Shown here: positions 22,330 to 31,022 of the stretch, one piece after another
Layout of the letters: the number at the start of each line of letters is the position of its first letter
Numbering within the stretch: position 1 is the stretch's first letter
NCBI GenBank assembly: GCA_015521945.1
Contig: WANG01000187.1
Coordinates: 1 to 32,401 of the forward strand
Length of the DNA: 32,401 nucleotides
Source: Candidatus Hydrothermarchaeota archaeon
GTDB taxonomy: Archaea > Hydrothermarchaeota > Hydrothermarchaeia > Hydrothermarchaeales > BMS3B
Direction: 5' to 3'
The notes under the pieces: model-generated
Databases searched by the model: none
Seen by the model: only the letters and a program-made list of their open reading frames with translations
Told to the model about the DNA's origin: nothing
Made by a program: the position numbers and the translations under genes

Positions 22330-22983
22330 TTAACCTCTTCGGTGCTTCCTCAGTAAAGGTGCCAGAAGCATGCCGGCTGCAAACCCCCCTGCATGGGCGA
22401 AGTACGCCACTCCGCCTGCCTGCATCTCCCCCAGGCTCAGCAGCCCCGTGAGCACCTGCAGCAGGAACCACAGCCCCAGCACCAGGGCAGCGGGGAGGTA
22501 CACCACCCTCACTATTATCCCAAGGATGATGAGCGTCCTCACCTTGGCGGTGGGGTAGCTGACGAAGTAGGCACCCAGCACCCCCGCAATCGCCCCGCTG
22601 GCGCCCACCCCAGGAAGCTGGGAGTCGGGGTAAACCGCAACCTGGGCGAGCATTGCCACGATGCCGGAGAAGAAGTAGAAGAGGGTGTACCTCACCCTCC
22701 CCATCATATCCTCCACGTTGTCCCCGAAGATGTACAGGTAGAGCATGTTTCCGGCGATGTGCAGAAATCCCCCGTGGATGAACATGGAGGTCAGGAGGGT
22801 GTGCAGCGCCTCCCCCTTGGTGAGCTTAGCCGGCACGGCGCCGTAGGTGTAGACGAACTCCTCCAGCCTGCCCTGGCTCCACAGGGAGAGCTCGTACACG
22901 AACACCCCCAGGTTAACCGCTATGAGGGTCCAGGTTACCAAGGGGACGCTCCTCGCAGGGTTGCGGTCGCCGATGGGTATCAT
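22330..22983 (-). CDS. Rhomboid-family intramembrane serine protease
   Basis: The motifs are HxxxN (FIHGGFLHIAGNMLYLYIFG), the catalytic GxSG (GASGAIAGVLGAY) and the catalytic His region (AHAGGFAAG), in a protein with 6 TM helices. Confidence 0.9.
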   Translation of the reverse strand: MIPIGDRNPARSVPLVTWTLIAVNLGVFVYELSLWSQGRLEEFVYTYGAVPAKLTKGEALHTLLTSMFIHGGFLHIAGNMLYLYIFGDNVEDMMGRVRYTLFYFFSGIVAMLAQVAVYPDSQLPGVGASGAIAGVLGAYFVSYPTAKVRTLIILGIIVRVVYLPAALVLGLWFLLQVLTGLLSLGEMQAGGVAYFAHAGGFAAGMLLAPLLRKHRRG

Positions 22984-23639
22984 CGCCTCACCTGCCTCAG
23001 CTCCCTGAAGGCTCTGTAGGCGTCGCTCTTCCTGAAGCTCCTGAATCCGAGCCTCACGAGGAGGGGTGGGGAGAACTCAAAGGGTATGTTGAGCAGGAAT
23101 AGGAGCCCCAAGGCGATGGCGGCCTCTCCGGAGCCCGTGCGCAGGGCAATCAGCAGCCCCAGGAAGCTCCCCAAGATGCTCCCCGCTATGCCCGAGAGGT
23201 GCATCAGGGCTCTCCTCAGGGGCGTGGCTCTGAGGTACGTGCCGTAGTGCACCTTGAGGGTCGGCTCCACCCTTGCGGGACCGTTCAGGAAAACGTAGAG
23301 GAAGCGCATGCCCAGCAGCATGCCCGTGACGAGGTGGAAGAGGGTGTGCAGGGTGCTCATCAGCATCAGGGTGGCGACCAGGAAGACGCCCACCTGCGCC
23401 ACGCCCTCAAGGCGCGCCCCCACCCAGAAGAGGGGCACCGAGGCGAGGAGGGGGAGGCTCATCACCACAACCCCCGCCTTCAGCCCCACGCTGCGCTTCC
23501 TGAACCTCCTGGCATCTATCTCAGCCAGCCTATCCCCGTACCTCCGTGCCAGCTCCGGGTCTGCCTTCATCGCCCTCACAGCCCTCATGAACCCCTCCAC
23601 CGTGAAGTTCCTCTCAAGCTCCCTCAGCTCCCCTTCCAT
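22980..23639 (-). CDS. Membrane protein, function unknown (soluble N-terminal helix region plus about 4 TM)
   Basis: 219-aa ORF whose stop overlaps the rhomboid start by 4 nt (ATGA-type coupling). It contains an H-x3-H in a TM segment (STLHTLFHLV). I recognise no family. Confidence 0.5.
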   Translation of the reverse strand: MEGELRELERNFTVEGFMRAVRAMKADPELARRYGDRLAEIDARRFRKRSVGLKAGVVVMSLPLLASVPLFWVGARLEGVAQVGVFLVATLMLMSTLHTLFHLVTGMLLGMRFLYVFLNGPARVEPTLKVHYGTYLRATPLRRALMHLSGIAGSILGSFLGLLIALRTGSGEAAIALGLLFLLNIPFEFSPPLLVRLGFRSFRKSDAYRAFRELRQVRR

Positions 23640-23681
23640 GCATGATTATTTCCTCACGGCGGGTTATTAACTTGCTGGAGC

Positions 23682-24260
23682 ATGGCTGATGAGAGGCACC
23701 TGCACCCCCTGCAGGTGTACATCCTGCTCCACCTGAAGCGGGCGGACACCGAGTACGCGAAGGGCATAGCCAGGAGGCTGAAAATCAGCACGGCGGAGGT
23801 GGAGGAGGCCCTCGGCAGGCTTGAGGCGTGGAGCCTCGTGGAGCGCTCCTCCGGGTCTGCGATAAAGAGGAGCGAGGCGAGGTTCAAGCTCGCCCAGGAG
23901 GTCAGGAAGCACCACCTGTACTACACCCTCACGAGGGCTGGTAAGCACCTGCTGCGGAAGCTGAGCATCACCTGCTACCTGCGCGCCCGCTACTCGGAGA
24001 AGGCGCCGGAGGTGCTGGAAGTGCTGAGGAAGGCGGGGTGCGAGAACCACCTCACCCTCGCCAGGCTCACCTCCATGAAGCCCGCGGAAGCCAAGGAGCT
24101 GCTTGAGCGCCTCCGCAGGGACGGGCTGGCAAGCACCTGCAGCGCCAGGGTGCTGAAGAGGAAGCACAGGAGGGCAAAGCCCAAGAAGGAGACCAGGACG
24201 CACCACACCTACTACCGCCTCTCCAGGATGGGCGAGCTCCTGCTCAGGGGCGCCCTGTAG
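23682..24260 (+). CDS. Tandem-duplicated winged-helix protein (two DUF2250-like repeats), putative regulator
   Basis: Repeat 1 ends SEARFKLAQEVRKHHLYYTLTRAGKHLLRKL. Repeat 2 ends RAKPKKETRTHHTYYRLSRMGELLLRGAL. Each is preceded by an HTH-like segment (YAKGIARRLKISTAEVEEALGRLE and LTLARLTSMKPAEAKELLERLR). Confidence 0.55.
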   Translation: MADERHLHPLQVYILLHLKRADTEYAKGIARRLKISTAEVEEALGRLEAWSLVERSSGSAIKRSEARFKLAQEVRKHHLYYTLTRAGKHLLRKLSITCYLRARYSEKAPEVLEVLRKAGCENHLTLARLTSMKPAEAKELLERLRRDGLASTCSARVLKRKHRRAKPKKETRTHHTYYRLSRMGELLLRGAL

Positions 24261-24265
24261 CCCGC

Positions 24266-25948
24266 CTAAGGGTGGGCGTAGCACGCCACGATCGCCTCAT
24301 CCTTAGAGTCTATCCTCACGAACCCGTACCTCTCAAACTGCACCACCCTGCCGGGCTCCACAGAGCGCAGGGCAGCCTCCCCCACCCCCGTATCCCTGCC
24401 CTCCGGCCTCAGCACCTCCACCTCCACGTGCTCCCCCGCGGGCACCCAGTGAATCAGCCTGGCTCCGTGACGCTTCGCCTCCTCAAGCTCCCTGCTGTGG
24501 AACTCCGCCACACCCTCGCCACCTCCAGCTCTCCTGAGCAGCACGTTGAAGCCCTCCATGAGCCTCACCACCTGCCCCTCCTCAAGCCTCTCAAGGTCGC
24601 GCCTGTCTATGAACACCTCAGCCCTGCCCCCCCTGCCGGAGAGCACCAGCTCCCTGTACCCCCTCTCGGGGTGGTCGGGGTGCAGCCTCACCCTCGCCCT
24701 GAAGCTCTCAATGCCCTCCACCACCAGCCTGGCTGGAGACGCCACGAAGAAGTAGCGGTCCGCCACGGGCTCAACCAGCTGGCGGTTGTGGGCATAGAGC
24801 ACCTTCCAGCTGAAGCTTATATCGCTCTGCTTCACCCCCGCCTCCAGCACAGCCCTGCGCACCGCCTCGGGCATGAACCCCCTCCTGGCGAGGGCGCGCA
24901 GGGTGCCGAGTCTGACATCATCCCACCCGGAGTACTCCCCCGCCTCAATCCCCCGCCTGATCTCCGAGGTGCTCAGGCGCACCCCCTCTATCTTCATCCT
25001 GCCGTAGTGGATGAACTCCGGCATCTCCCACCCGAAGAACCTGTAGATGAACTCCTGCTTGCGGGTGTTGACTATGTGGTCCTTCCCGCGAAGCACGTGG
25101 GTGACTCCCAGCAGGTGGTCGTCCACCGCCACCGAGAAGTTCATCAGGGGGTACACCCTGGCATCCACCCTGGGGTGGGGCACCTCCGAGATGCGCATTA
25201 TCGGGAAGTCCCTCATAGCAGGGTCCCTGAGCTCCATGCCCGTCTTCAGCCTCAGCACCGCCTCCCCCTCTTTAAGCTCCGAGAACATCCTGCCGAACTC
25301 CCGCAGGTTCTCCTCCACGCTCTGCTCCCTGTGCTCGCACGGCTCGCCGCGACCCCTGAGCCTCCTGAAGTGCTCCGTATCGCAGAAGCACACGTAGGCT
25401 CTGCCCATGCGGATGAGCTGCTCCGCGTGCTCCCTGTAAACATCCAGGCGTGAGCTCTGCACCACCACCTGGTGCACCTCAACCCCCAGCCAGCTCAGGT
25501 CCTGGGGTATCATCTCGTACGCCGGCGGGTAAACCCTCGCCGGGTCCGTGTCCTCTATGCGCAGAATCAGCCTCCCCGAGTACCTCCTGACGTACTCGTG
25601 GTTCAGCACCGCAGCCCTGGCGTGCCCCAGGTGGAGGGGCCCGCTGGGGTTGGGCGCAAACCTCATGACCACCCTGCTGGTGTCCCCGGGGAGCTCTGGA
25701 AGCCCCGCCTCCCGCTTCCTCCTCCTCTCAGGAGCCCCCAGCCTCTCCGCCTCCCTCTCTATCTCCTCCCTGGTGAGGGCGTTCACCTCCTCCACCACCC
25801 TGCGCACCTCCTCCACCACCTCCCTCCCCCTGCCCCTCAGCTCGGGATGCTCCCCCATGAGCTTGCCCAGCACCGCCTTCCAGTTAGCCCTGCCGTACCT
25901 CTTGGCATTCAGAATCGCGTGCCTCCTCGCAGCCTCAAGGTAGCTCAC
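24266..25948 (-). CDS. gltX: Glutamyl-tRNA synthetase (archaeal/eukaryal GlxRS type)
   Basis: It has HIGH (RFAPNPSGPLHLGHARAAVLN), an RIEDTDP motif, a KMSKS-equivalent (VRLSTSEIRR) followed by SGWDDVRLGTLRALARRG, and the C-terminal anticodon-binding barrels. The GTG start at 25948 overlaps the RNase J stop (GTGA). Confidence 0.92.
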   Translation of the reverse strand: MSYLEAARRHAILNAKRYGRANWKAVLGKLMGEHPELRGRGREVVEEVRRVVEEVNALTREEIEREAERLGAPERRRKREAGLPELPGDTSRVVMRFAPNPSGPLHLGHARAAVLNHEYVRRYSGRLILRIEDTDPARVYPPAYEMIPQDLSWLGVEVHQVVVQSSRLDVYREHAEQLIRMGRAYVCFCDTEHFRRLRGRGEPCEHREQSVEENLREFGRMFSELKEGEAVLRLKTGMELRDPAMRDFPIMRISEVPHPRVDARVYPLMNFSVAVDDHLLGVTHVLRGKDHIVNTRKQEFIYRFFGWEMPEFIHYGRMKIEGVRLSTSEIRRGIEAGEYSGWDDVRLGTLRALARRGFMPEAVRRAVLEAGVKQSDISFSWKVLYAHNRQLVEPVADRYFFVASPARLVVEGIESFRARVRLHPDHPERGYRELVLSGRGGRAEVFIDRRDLERLEEGQVVRLMEGFNVLLRRAGGGEGVAEFHSRELEEAKRHGARLIHWVPAGEHVEVEVLRPEGRDTGVGEAALRSVEPGRVVQFERYGFVRIDSKDEAIVACYAHP

Positions 25949-27249
25949 ACGCTCACCCTCTGCCCGTTCCTGAGCAGGAACACCTCGCGGTTTATGCTGT
26001 ACCCCAGGGACTCCGCGAGCTCCGCGTAGCTCGCCTGCATCTCAAGGGAGCCGTGGGTAGGTATGACCTTCTCCGGCTGCAGCATCTTGAGCAGGTCGTA
26101 GTGGTCCTCCTTGGAGGCGTGCCCCGAAACGTGCAGCCCCTTGAACAGCCTCGCCCCCTGCAGCTTGAGCTTGGTCTCCACCGCATACCTCTGCGCCACG
26201 TTTATGGGGTTGGGGATAATGTCGGCTGAGAATAGCACCTCATCCCCCTCCTCAATCCTGTACTCCATCTTCTGGTTCGCTATCCTGGTGAGGAGGGCAT
26301 CGGGCTCCCCCTGGTGCCCCGTAACTATCAGCAGGTACCTGTGCTTCTCCTTCGCCACCCTCCTGAGCACCTTCTTTATGGCGTTCTTGCTGCCGTAGAT
26401 GTGGGTGTTCTCCGGGAGGTCAACTATCCCCTTCCGCTCCGCTATGCCCACGTACTTCTCCATGCTCCTGCCCAGCAGCACGGGCTCGCGGTCAAGCTTC
26501 GTGGCTATGTCAACAACGCTCTTCAGCCTGGCGATGTGGGAGGAGAAGGTGGTTACTATCAGCCCCTTCTCCCCGCTGCTCTTCAGCAGGGTGTCCTCAA
26601 GCAGGGTTCTCGCCACCTGCTCGGAGGGGGTGCGCCCGTCGTTGGAGACGCGGGTGGTCTCTATTATCAGCGCCTTCAGCCCCTCCTTTCCGAGCTCCCT
26701 TATCCTGCGGTAGTCGGGCTTGGTGCCTATCACAGGGTTATCGTCAAGCTTGAAGTCGTTGAGGTAGGCAACGCTGCCCTCCCGGGTGTGCACCACCAAG
26801 AAAACCGTATCCGGGATGCTGTGGGTTATCCTCACGAACTCTATGCTCAGGTCGGGCATGAGCTGCAGCACCTCCCCCGCCTCAAGCACGTACAGTGGGT
26901 TCTGAGCCCTTCCCCTGAGCTCCCGCCTCACCAGCTCTATGGTGTAGGGGGTGCCTATTATGGGCGCCTCCGGGAACTTTCCCGCAAGCAGGGGAACAGC
27001 TCCTATGTGGTCAAGATGCCCGTGGGTGAGCACTATCGCCCTGACCTTCCCGTAGTCTCCGTTCAGTGCTGGAATTATGCCCCGCTGGGCAAGCTCCTCA
27101 TGGGACAGCTTAGATATATCCGTGTCCTCATGAATGAGCACCCTGTCCAGGCGTATCCCCATGTCAGCCACTATTGAGTCCTCTCCACACCTGATTACCG
27201 TCATGTTCCTGCCTACTTCCTCATATCCTCCAACCGCATGAATCTCCAC
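25945..27249 (-). CDS. rnj: Archaeal RNase J (beta-CASP metallo-beta-lactamase ribonuclease)
   Basis: IHAVGGYEEVGRNMTVIRCGEDSIVADMG and VLTHGHLDHIGAVPLL are the MBL motifs, and beta-CASP motifs follow (..HVSGHASKEDH). The start was trimmed to GTG 27249, 4 nt after the fni stop; the track's 27333 start overlaps fni. Confidence 0.85.
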   Translation of the reverse strand: MEIHAVGGYEEVGRNMTVIRCGEDSIVADMGIRLDRVLIHEDTDISKLSHEELAQRGIIPALNGDYGKVRAIVLTHGHLDHIGAVPLLAGKFPEAPIIGTPYTIELVRRELRGRAQNPLYVLEAGEVLQLMPDLSIEFVRITHSIPDTVFLVVHTREGSVAYLNDFKLDDNPVIGTKPDYRRIRELGKEGLKALIIETTRVSNDGRTPSEQVARTLLEDTLLKSSGEKGLIVTTFSSHIARLKSVVDIATKLDREPVLLGRSMEKYVGIAERKGIVDLPENTHIYGSKNAIKKVLRRVAKEKHRYLLIVTGHQGEPDALLTRIANQKMEYRIEEGDEVLFSADIIPNPINVAQRYAVETKLKLQGARLFKGLHVSGHASKEDHYDLLKMLQPEKVIPTHGSLEMQASYAELAESLGYSINREVFLLRNGQRVSV

Positions 27250-27253
27250 AGTA

Positions 27254-28300
27254 TCACCCCAGCATGCCTCTGGCGCTGAGCCACTCCCTGCACCTGCCCA
27301 GCACCACCACTCTGGAGCTGGAGAGCGCCTCAACGTCCCCGGAACCCGTGAGGAACATCGCCACCCTCAGCTCCCGCTCGTAGGTGCGCAGCACCCTTAC
27401 AACCCCCTCCGCACCCCTCACCGCCTCCTTCAGCAGGGGCAGAGCTATGCCGCAGGCGCGTGCCCCGAGAGCCAGCGCCTTGGCGACGTCCACCCCGCTC
27501 CTCACGCCCCCCGTGGCGAACACGGGCACCGACACCGAACGGGCGCACTCCACCAGGCTAACCACCGTGGGGATGCCCCAGCTCAGGAACCTCCTCGCCA
27601 CCTCCTCGGTGCCCCGGTAGCTCTCCACGGCTGCGAAGCTCGTGCCTCCTGCGCCTCCCACGTCTATCGCCGAAACCCCCGCCTCCTCCAGGCGGGCGGC
27701 ATCCTCGGCGCATATCCCCGCCCCCGTCTCCTTGACTATCACCGGCACATCCAGCGCATCGCACACCTCGGATATGCGCTCCAGCACGCCCGCAAACTGG
27801 GTGTCGCCCTCCCTCTGCACCGCCTCCTGCAGGGGGTTCAGGTGCAGGGCTATGGCATCAGCCTCTATCATCTCCACCGCGCGCTGCGCCTCCCTTGAGG
27901 TGAAGCCCCTGCAGAACTGCACCGCTCCCAGGTTGGCTATCAGGTAGGCATCTGGCGCGTGCTTCCTCGCCACCGCAAAGCTCTCAACCAGCTCCCTGTG
28001 CTCAATACCCGCCCGCTGGCTTCCCACACCTAAGGGGATGTTGAGCTCCTGGGCAGCCACCGCCAAGTTGCGGTTAATCTTCTCAGCCTCCGCATGCCCC
28101 CCCGTCATGGCGGCTATGAACAGGGGCATGCTCACCCTCCTGCCCAGAAAGCTTGTCTCCAAGCTTATCCTCTCGGCATCCACCTCCGGCAGCGCGCGGT
28201 GCACGAGCACCACGTCCTCAAATCCCGCGCTGATTTCAGCCTCAACACTTTCGTTCAGGCATATTCGTATGTGGTCAAGCTTCCTTTCTGATATGCTCAT
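27254..28300 (-). CDS. fni: Isopentenyl-diphosphate delta-isomerase, type 2 (FMN-dependent)
   Basis: [10 protein letters not shown] at the N-terminus, [31 protein letters not shown] and [19 protein letters not shown] are the canonical IDI-2 motifs. Confidence 0.93.
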   Translation of the reverse strand: MSISERKLDHIRICLNESVEAEISAGFEDVVLVHRALPEVDAERISLETSFLGRRVSMPLFIAAMTGGHAEAEKINRNLAVAAQELNIPLGVGSQRAGIEHRELVESFAVARKHAPDAYLIANLGAVQFCRGFTSREAQRAVEMIEADAIALHLNPLQEAVQREGDTQFAGVLERISEVCDALDVPVIVKETGAGICAEDAARLEEAGVSAIDVGGAGGTSFAAVESYRGTEEVARRFLSWGIPTVVSLVECARSVSVPVFATGGVRSGVDVAKALALGARACGIALPLLKEAVRGAEGVVRVLRTYERELRVAMFLTGSGDVEALSSSRVVVLGRCREWLSARGMLG

Positions 28301-28305
28301 CCAAT

Positions 28306-29079
28306 CTACCCCTTCACTATGGTTCCTCTGACCTTCTCCCCTGATAAAGCTTTCCTAAGCCTCCCCTCTTCAAGAGCATTTATTATAACCGAGGTGTACC
28401 CGCGCCTCGCGAGCTCAACCAGCTCCTCAAGCTTCCTCCTCATCCCCCCCGTGGCGTCATGGCTCCGCATCTCCGGCGCAAGCCTTCCGAAGCTCTCGGG
28501 GGTCACCTCGGGTATAAGCTTCGCCCCGGGGCTCCCGGGCTCAGCCGAGTATATGCCATCCACATCGGTGGCGAGCACTATCCTTCTGGGCCTGAGCTCC
28601 AGGGCAAGCTCCCGCACCAGGGTGTCACCCGAGAGGATGCACACCCCCAGCTCAGCGTCCCTGGCGACATCCCCGCACAGCACGGGCACCAGCCCCAGCT
28701 CCAGCAGCCACCTCACCGTTCCAAGCTCAAGCCTCTCGGGCTCTCCCCTCCTGCACACCGCAATTGCCGAGGTCTGGACACCGAAGGCTCTCACCCCCGC
28801 CTCAACCAGAGCCCCCACCACCAGGCGGGTGAGCTCCGCCATCGCCTGCCTGGTCAGGGCTATACCCCTGAGCTGCTCCTCAGAGCTCAGCCCCCTGTGG
28901 AGAGCGTACTCAAGCGCCAGGGGGTGCCCGAAGCTTCCCCCCCCGTGAACCACCACCAGGGGCTCCCTCTCAGCCACCGGGAGAATCTCCCGTGCGAGCC
29001 TCCGCATAACCCCGTGCCTGAAGCTGAAGGGCTCCTGCTTTCTTGTTATCAGGCTCCCACCGAGCTTTAGCAGAATCAT
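28306..29079 (-). CDS. ipk: Isopentenyl phosphate kinase (amino-acid-kinase fold)
   Basis: MILLKLGGSLIT, VVVHGGGSFGH and ATDVDGIY are the amino-acid-kinase family motifs of archaeal IPK. It is flanked by mvk and fni. Confidence 0.88.
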   Translation of the reverse strand: MILLKLGGSLITRKQEPFSFRHGVMRRLAREILPVAEREPLVVVHGGGSFGHPLALEYALHRGLSSEEQLRGIALTRQAMAELTRLVVGALVEAGVRAFGVQTSAIAVCRRGEPERLELGTVRWLLELGLVPVLCGDVARDAELGVCILSGDTLVRELALELRPRRIVLATDVDGIYSAEPGSPGAKLIPEVTPESFGRLAPEMRSHDATGGMRRKLEELVELARRGYTSVIINALEEGRLRKALSGEKVRGTIVKG

Positions 29080-30017
29080 CCCTCAATCACGGCTCCCTCT
29101 GCGCTGACCTCCACGCTGAAGGCGCTGCACGAGCTGGAGAGCGCCTCAAGCACCTCCCCGTGCCTCTCCTGGGCAAGGGCGACCATGCACCCCCCACCCC
29201 CGGCGCCAGTGAGCTTCGCACCCTCCGCTCCCGCCGCTCTTGCGGCATGCACCAGGCGGTTGAGCTCGGGTGTGGATACGCCGAGAGCCTCCAGCAGGTG
29301 GTGGTTGATGTTCATGAGCTCGCCCAGGCGGCGTGCGCTGTGGCGCTCCACCTCCCCCCTCGCCGCCAGGGTAACGGCTCCGATGGCATCCAGCAGGCTC
29401 TCAACCACCCTCTCATGCCTGCGGTGGAGGCTCCTCACCCTCGCCACCAGGTCTGCGGTTCGCCTCTTGACGCGGGTATCACCCACCACCAGCCTCAGCT
29501 CCGGAGGGGTGAGCCTCTCGTACCCTCCCCCGTGGATGTAAAGCATGCCCCCGTGGGCTGAAATCGCGGTGTCCGTCGGGGATGCGGCACCCTGCACCCG
29601 CAGCTCAACCCTGTGCCCCAGCTCCGCCAGCCTCCCGGGCGACACCTCCGCCCCCAGGAGGCGCAGCACCGCAAGCAGGGTGGCAACGCTCACCGCCGCG
29701 CTTGAACCCAGACCGGCCGCCTCCGGCAGCTCAGAGCGGATGCTCAGCCTCACCCCGGTGCGCCTCCCAGCCTCCCTGAAAGCCTCCTCCACGGCTGCGG
29801 CAACGTACCTGAACCTCCCCCTCGGCTTTCCCTCCCCTCCAAGCCTAAGGCGCTGGCGAACACCCCGCTGCTCCACCACCACCCCATCACCCGCCAGCTC
29901 GGCAGTGACCCTCACCCGCCTGCTTATGGCGCAGACTATCGCCGGTCTCCCGTAGACCACCGCGTGCTCTCCGAAGAGTATGACCTTGCCAGGGGCTGAC
30001 GCCGTGAGCATGCTCAT
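29076..30017 (-). CDS. mvk: Mevalonate kinase (GHMP kinase)
   Basis: The motifs are ASAPGKVILFGEHAVVYG, GHMP motif II (PEAAGLGSSAAVSVA) and motif III (KLTGAGGGGCMVAL). There is a 4-nt overlap with ipk. A second ATG at 30011 may be the true, leaderless start. Confidence 0.92.
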   Translation of the reverse strand: MSMLTASAPGKVILFGEHAVVYGRPAIVCAISRRVRVTAELAGDGVVVEQRGVRQRLRLGGEGKPRGRFRYVAAAVEEAFREAGRRTGVRLSIRSELPEAAGLGSSAAVSVATLLAVLRLLGAEVSPGRLAELGHRVELRVQGAASPTDTAISAHGGMLYIHGGGYERLTPPELRLVVGDTRVKRRTADLVARVRSLHRRHERVVESLLDAIGAVTLAARGEVERHSARRLGELMNINHHLLEALGVSTPELNRLVHAARAAGAEGAKLTGAGGGGCMVALAQERHGEVLEALSSSCSAFSVEVSAEGAVIEG

Positions 30018-30035
30018 AAAATCTCCCCTAAGGGG

Positions 30036-30046
30036 TATAAAGCTTT
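30036..30046 (-). promoter_or_regulatory. BRE/TATA candidate (minus strand AAAGCTTTATA) for mvk-ipk-fni-rnj-gltX
   Basis: This is the only AT-rich element in the 42-nt gap upstream of mvk. The TATA centre lies about 22-28 nt upstream of the two candidate ATGs, consistent with a leaderless or near-leaderless transcript. Confidence 0.35.
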
Positions 30047-30059
30047 CAGGGTGCCCTTC

Positions 30060-31022
30060 CTACCTCTCCACCCTGATTCCCAGAATCTCCCGCCTTCCCT
30101 CGTGCACGGCCCTTGCGATTTCCGCGCTCCCCCTGGCAGCGCTGTACGCATCCACCCGCATCACTGGGGCAATCCCCTGGAGCCTCCTCCTCAGGGGCAG
30201 GAACACCGAATCATGCACCCCCGCGGACCCCGTTATAACGATAGCCTCGGGCTCCACCAGCGCCATCAGGGAGCGTATCTCCATCTCCACGCTCAGCACC
30301 AGCGCCCTGAGCGCCAGCCTTGCTCTCTCCCCCCTCGGCTCCAGCACCTCCTCAAACTCCGAGAAGGGGCATATCTTCACCGCACCTCCCCTGGAAAAAG
30401 CCTCATTCGCGGTGAGCTCCCCCCTGTCCACCCTCCTGAGAGCCTCCAGGTCAAGGGGACCGTGGAGCATGCCTATGGCGCCGAGGCAGGCGTCCACCGC
30501 ACCCGCGAGCCTTCCACCCTCAACACCCACGCTCACCGTATTTGAGCTCACATCGGTGACGATGAAGCTCTCACCCCCCAGGCTCTCCCGCACCCTCAGG
30601 TAGGCGTCGTAGGCTATGCTCACCTTCTCGGCGCTTGCCATGTGGGAGTAAAGCGCCCGCATCCTCTCATCAAGACACCCCAGTCCCCTGTGCATCCCCG
30701 GTATCACCACCGCCCTCACCCTTGAGGTAACCTCATCGTAGGCACGTGCACCCCCGCCCGTTCGCTCTCCAGCGTCCCCCGGCTCAACCCCCCTGTTCGC
30801 CACCCTCTCAGCCGGGGTAATCGCATCAATCCCATCCCCCATCCCGTAGGTAACTCCGGCAAGCACCACACGCGAGAGCTCCACCCTCCTCTCAAGCTCC
30901 CCCAGCACACCCCTGGAGGCAGCCACCCTCCTGGGTATCCCGAACCCCAGGTTATCCGGGATAACGTAGAAGCGCACCTCCCCTGTTCCGTGGTCCATGC
31001 CCAGGAAGCTCATCTCACGCAC
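30060..31022 (-). CDS. ASKHA-fold (actin/Hsp70/sugar-kinase-like) ATPase of unknown function; DUF1464 / methanogenesis-marker-12-like (tentative)
   Basis: The phosphate-1-like motif is FLGMDHGTGEVRF. The later motifs are VTDVSSNTVSVGVEGGRLAGAVDACLGAIG..HGPLDLEALR. It overlaps the pheA stop by 8 nt. The subfamily assignment is by recall only. Confidence 0.45.
   Translation of the reverse strand: MREMSFLGMDHGTGEVRFYVIPDNLGFGIPRRVAASRGVLGELERRVELSRVVLAGVTYGMGDGIDAITPAERVANRGVEPGDAGERTGGGARAYDEVTSRVRAVVIPGMHRGLGCLDERMRALYSHMASAEKVSIAYDAYLRVRESLGGESFIVTDVSSNTVSVGVEGGRLAGAVDACLGAIGMLHGPLDLEALRRVDRGELTANEAFSRGGAVKICPFSEFEEVLEPRGERARLALRALVLSVEMEIRSLMALVEPEAIVITGSAGVHDSVFLPLRRRLQGIAPVMRVDAYSAARGSAEIARAVHEGRREILGIRVER

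Noticed and set aside
24260-24277. 7-bp hairpin GCCCGCC-UAAG-GGUGGGC between convergent genes, as a possible intrinsic terminator
   Set aside because: The stem is short, no T-run follows, and it overlaps the gltX stop codon. There is not enough evidence to annotate a terminator.
24272-25453. 393-aa plus-strand ORF, and similar ones at 26314..27177, 16292..17011, 4834..5550, 21714..22451, 22393..23019, 19553..20077 and 28459..29070
   Set aside because: All are antisense to confidently identified genes (gltX, rnj, ncsA, ileS, mcm, rhomboid, the OB protein, ipk). All have Pro/His/Arg/Gly-rich shadow-ORF composition.
27250-27333. N-terminal extension of the RNase J ORF (and, analogously, 20273..20350 for the OB/wH protein)
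   Set aside because: The extensions overlap the 3' ends of fni and mcm in another frame and are W/C/S-rich. GTG codons immediately after the upstream stops give N-termini matching the families.
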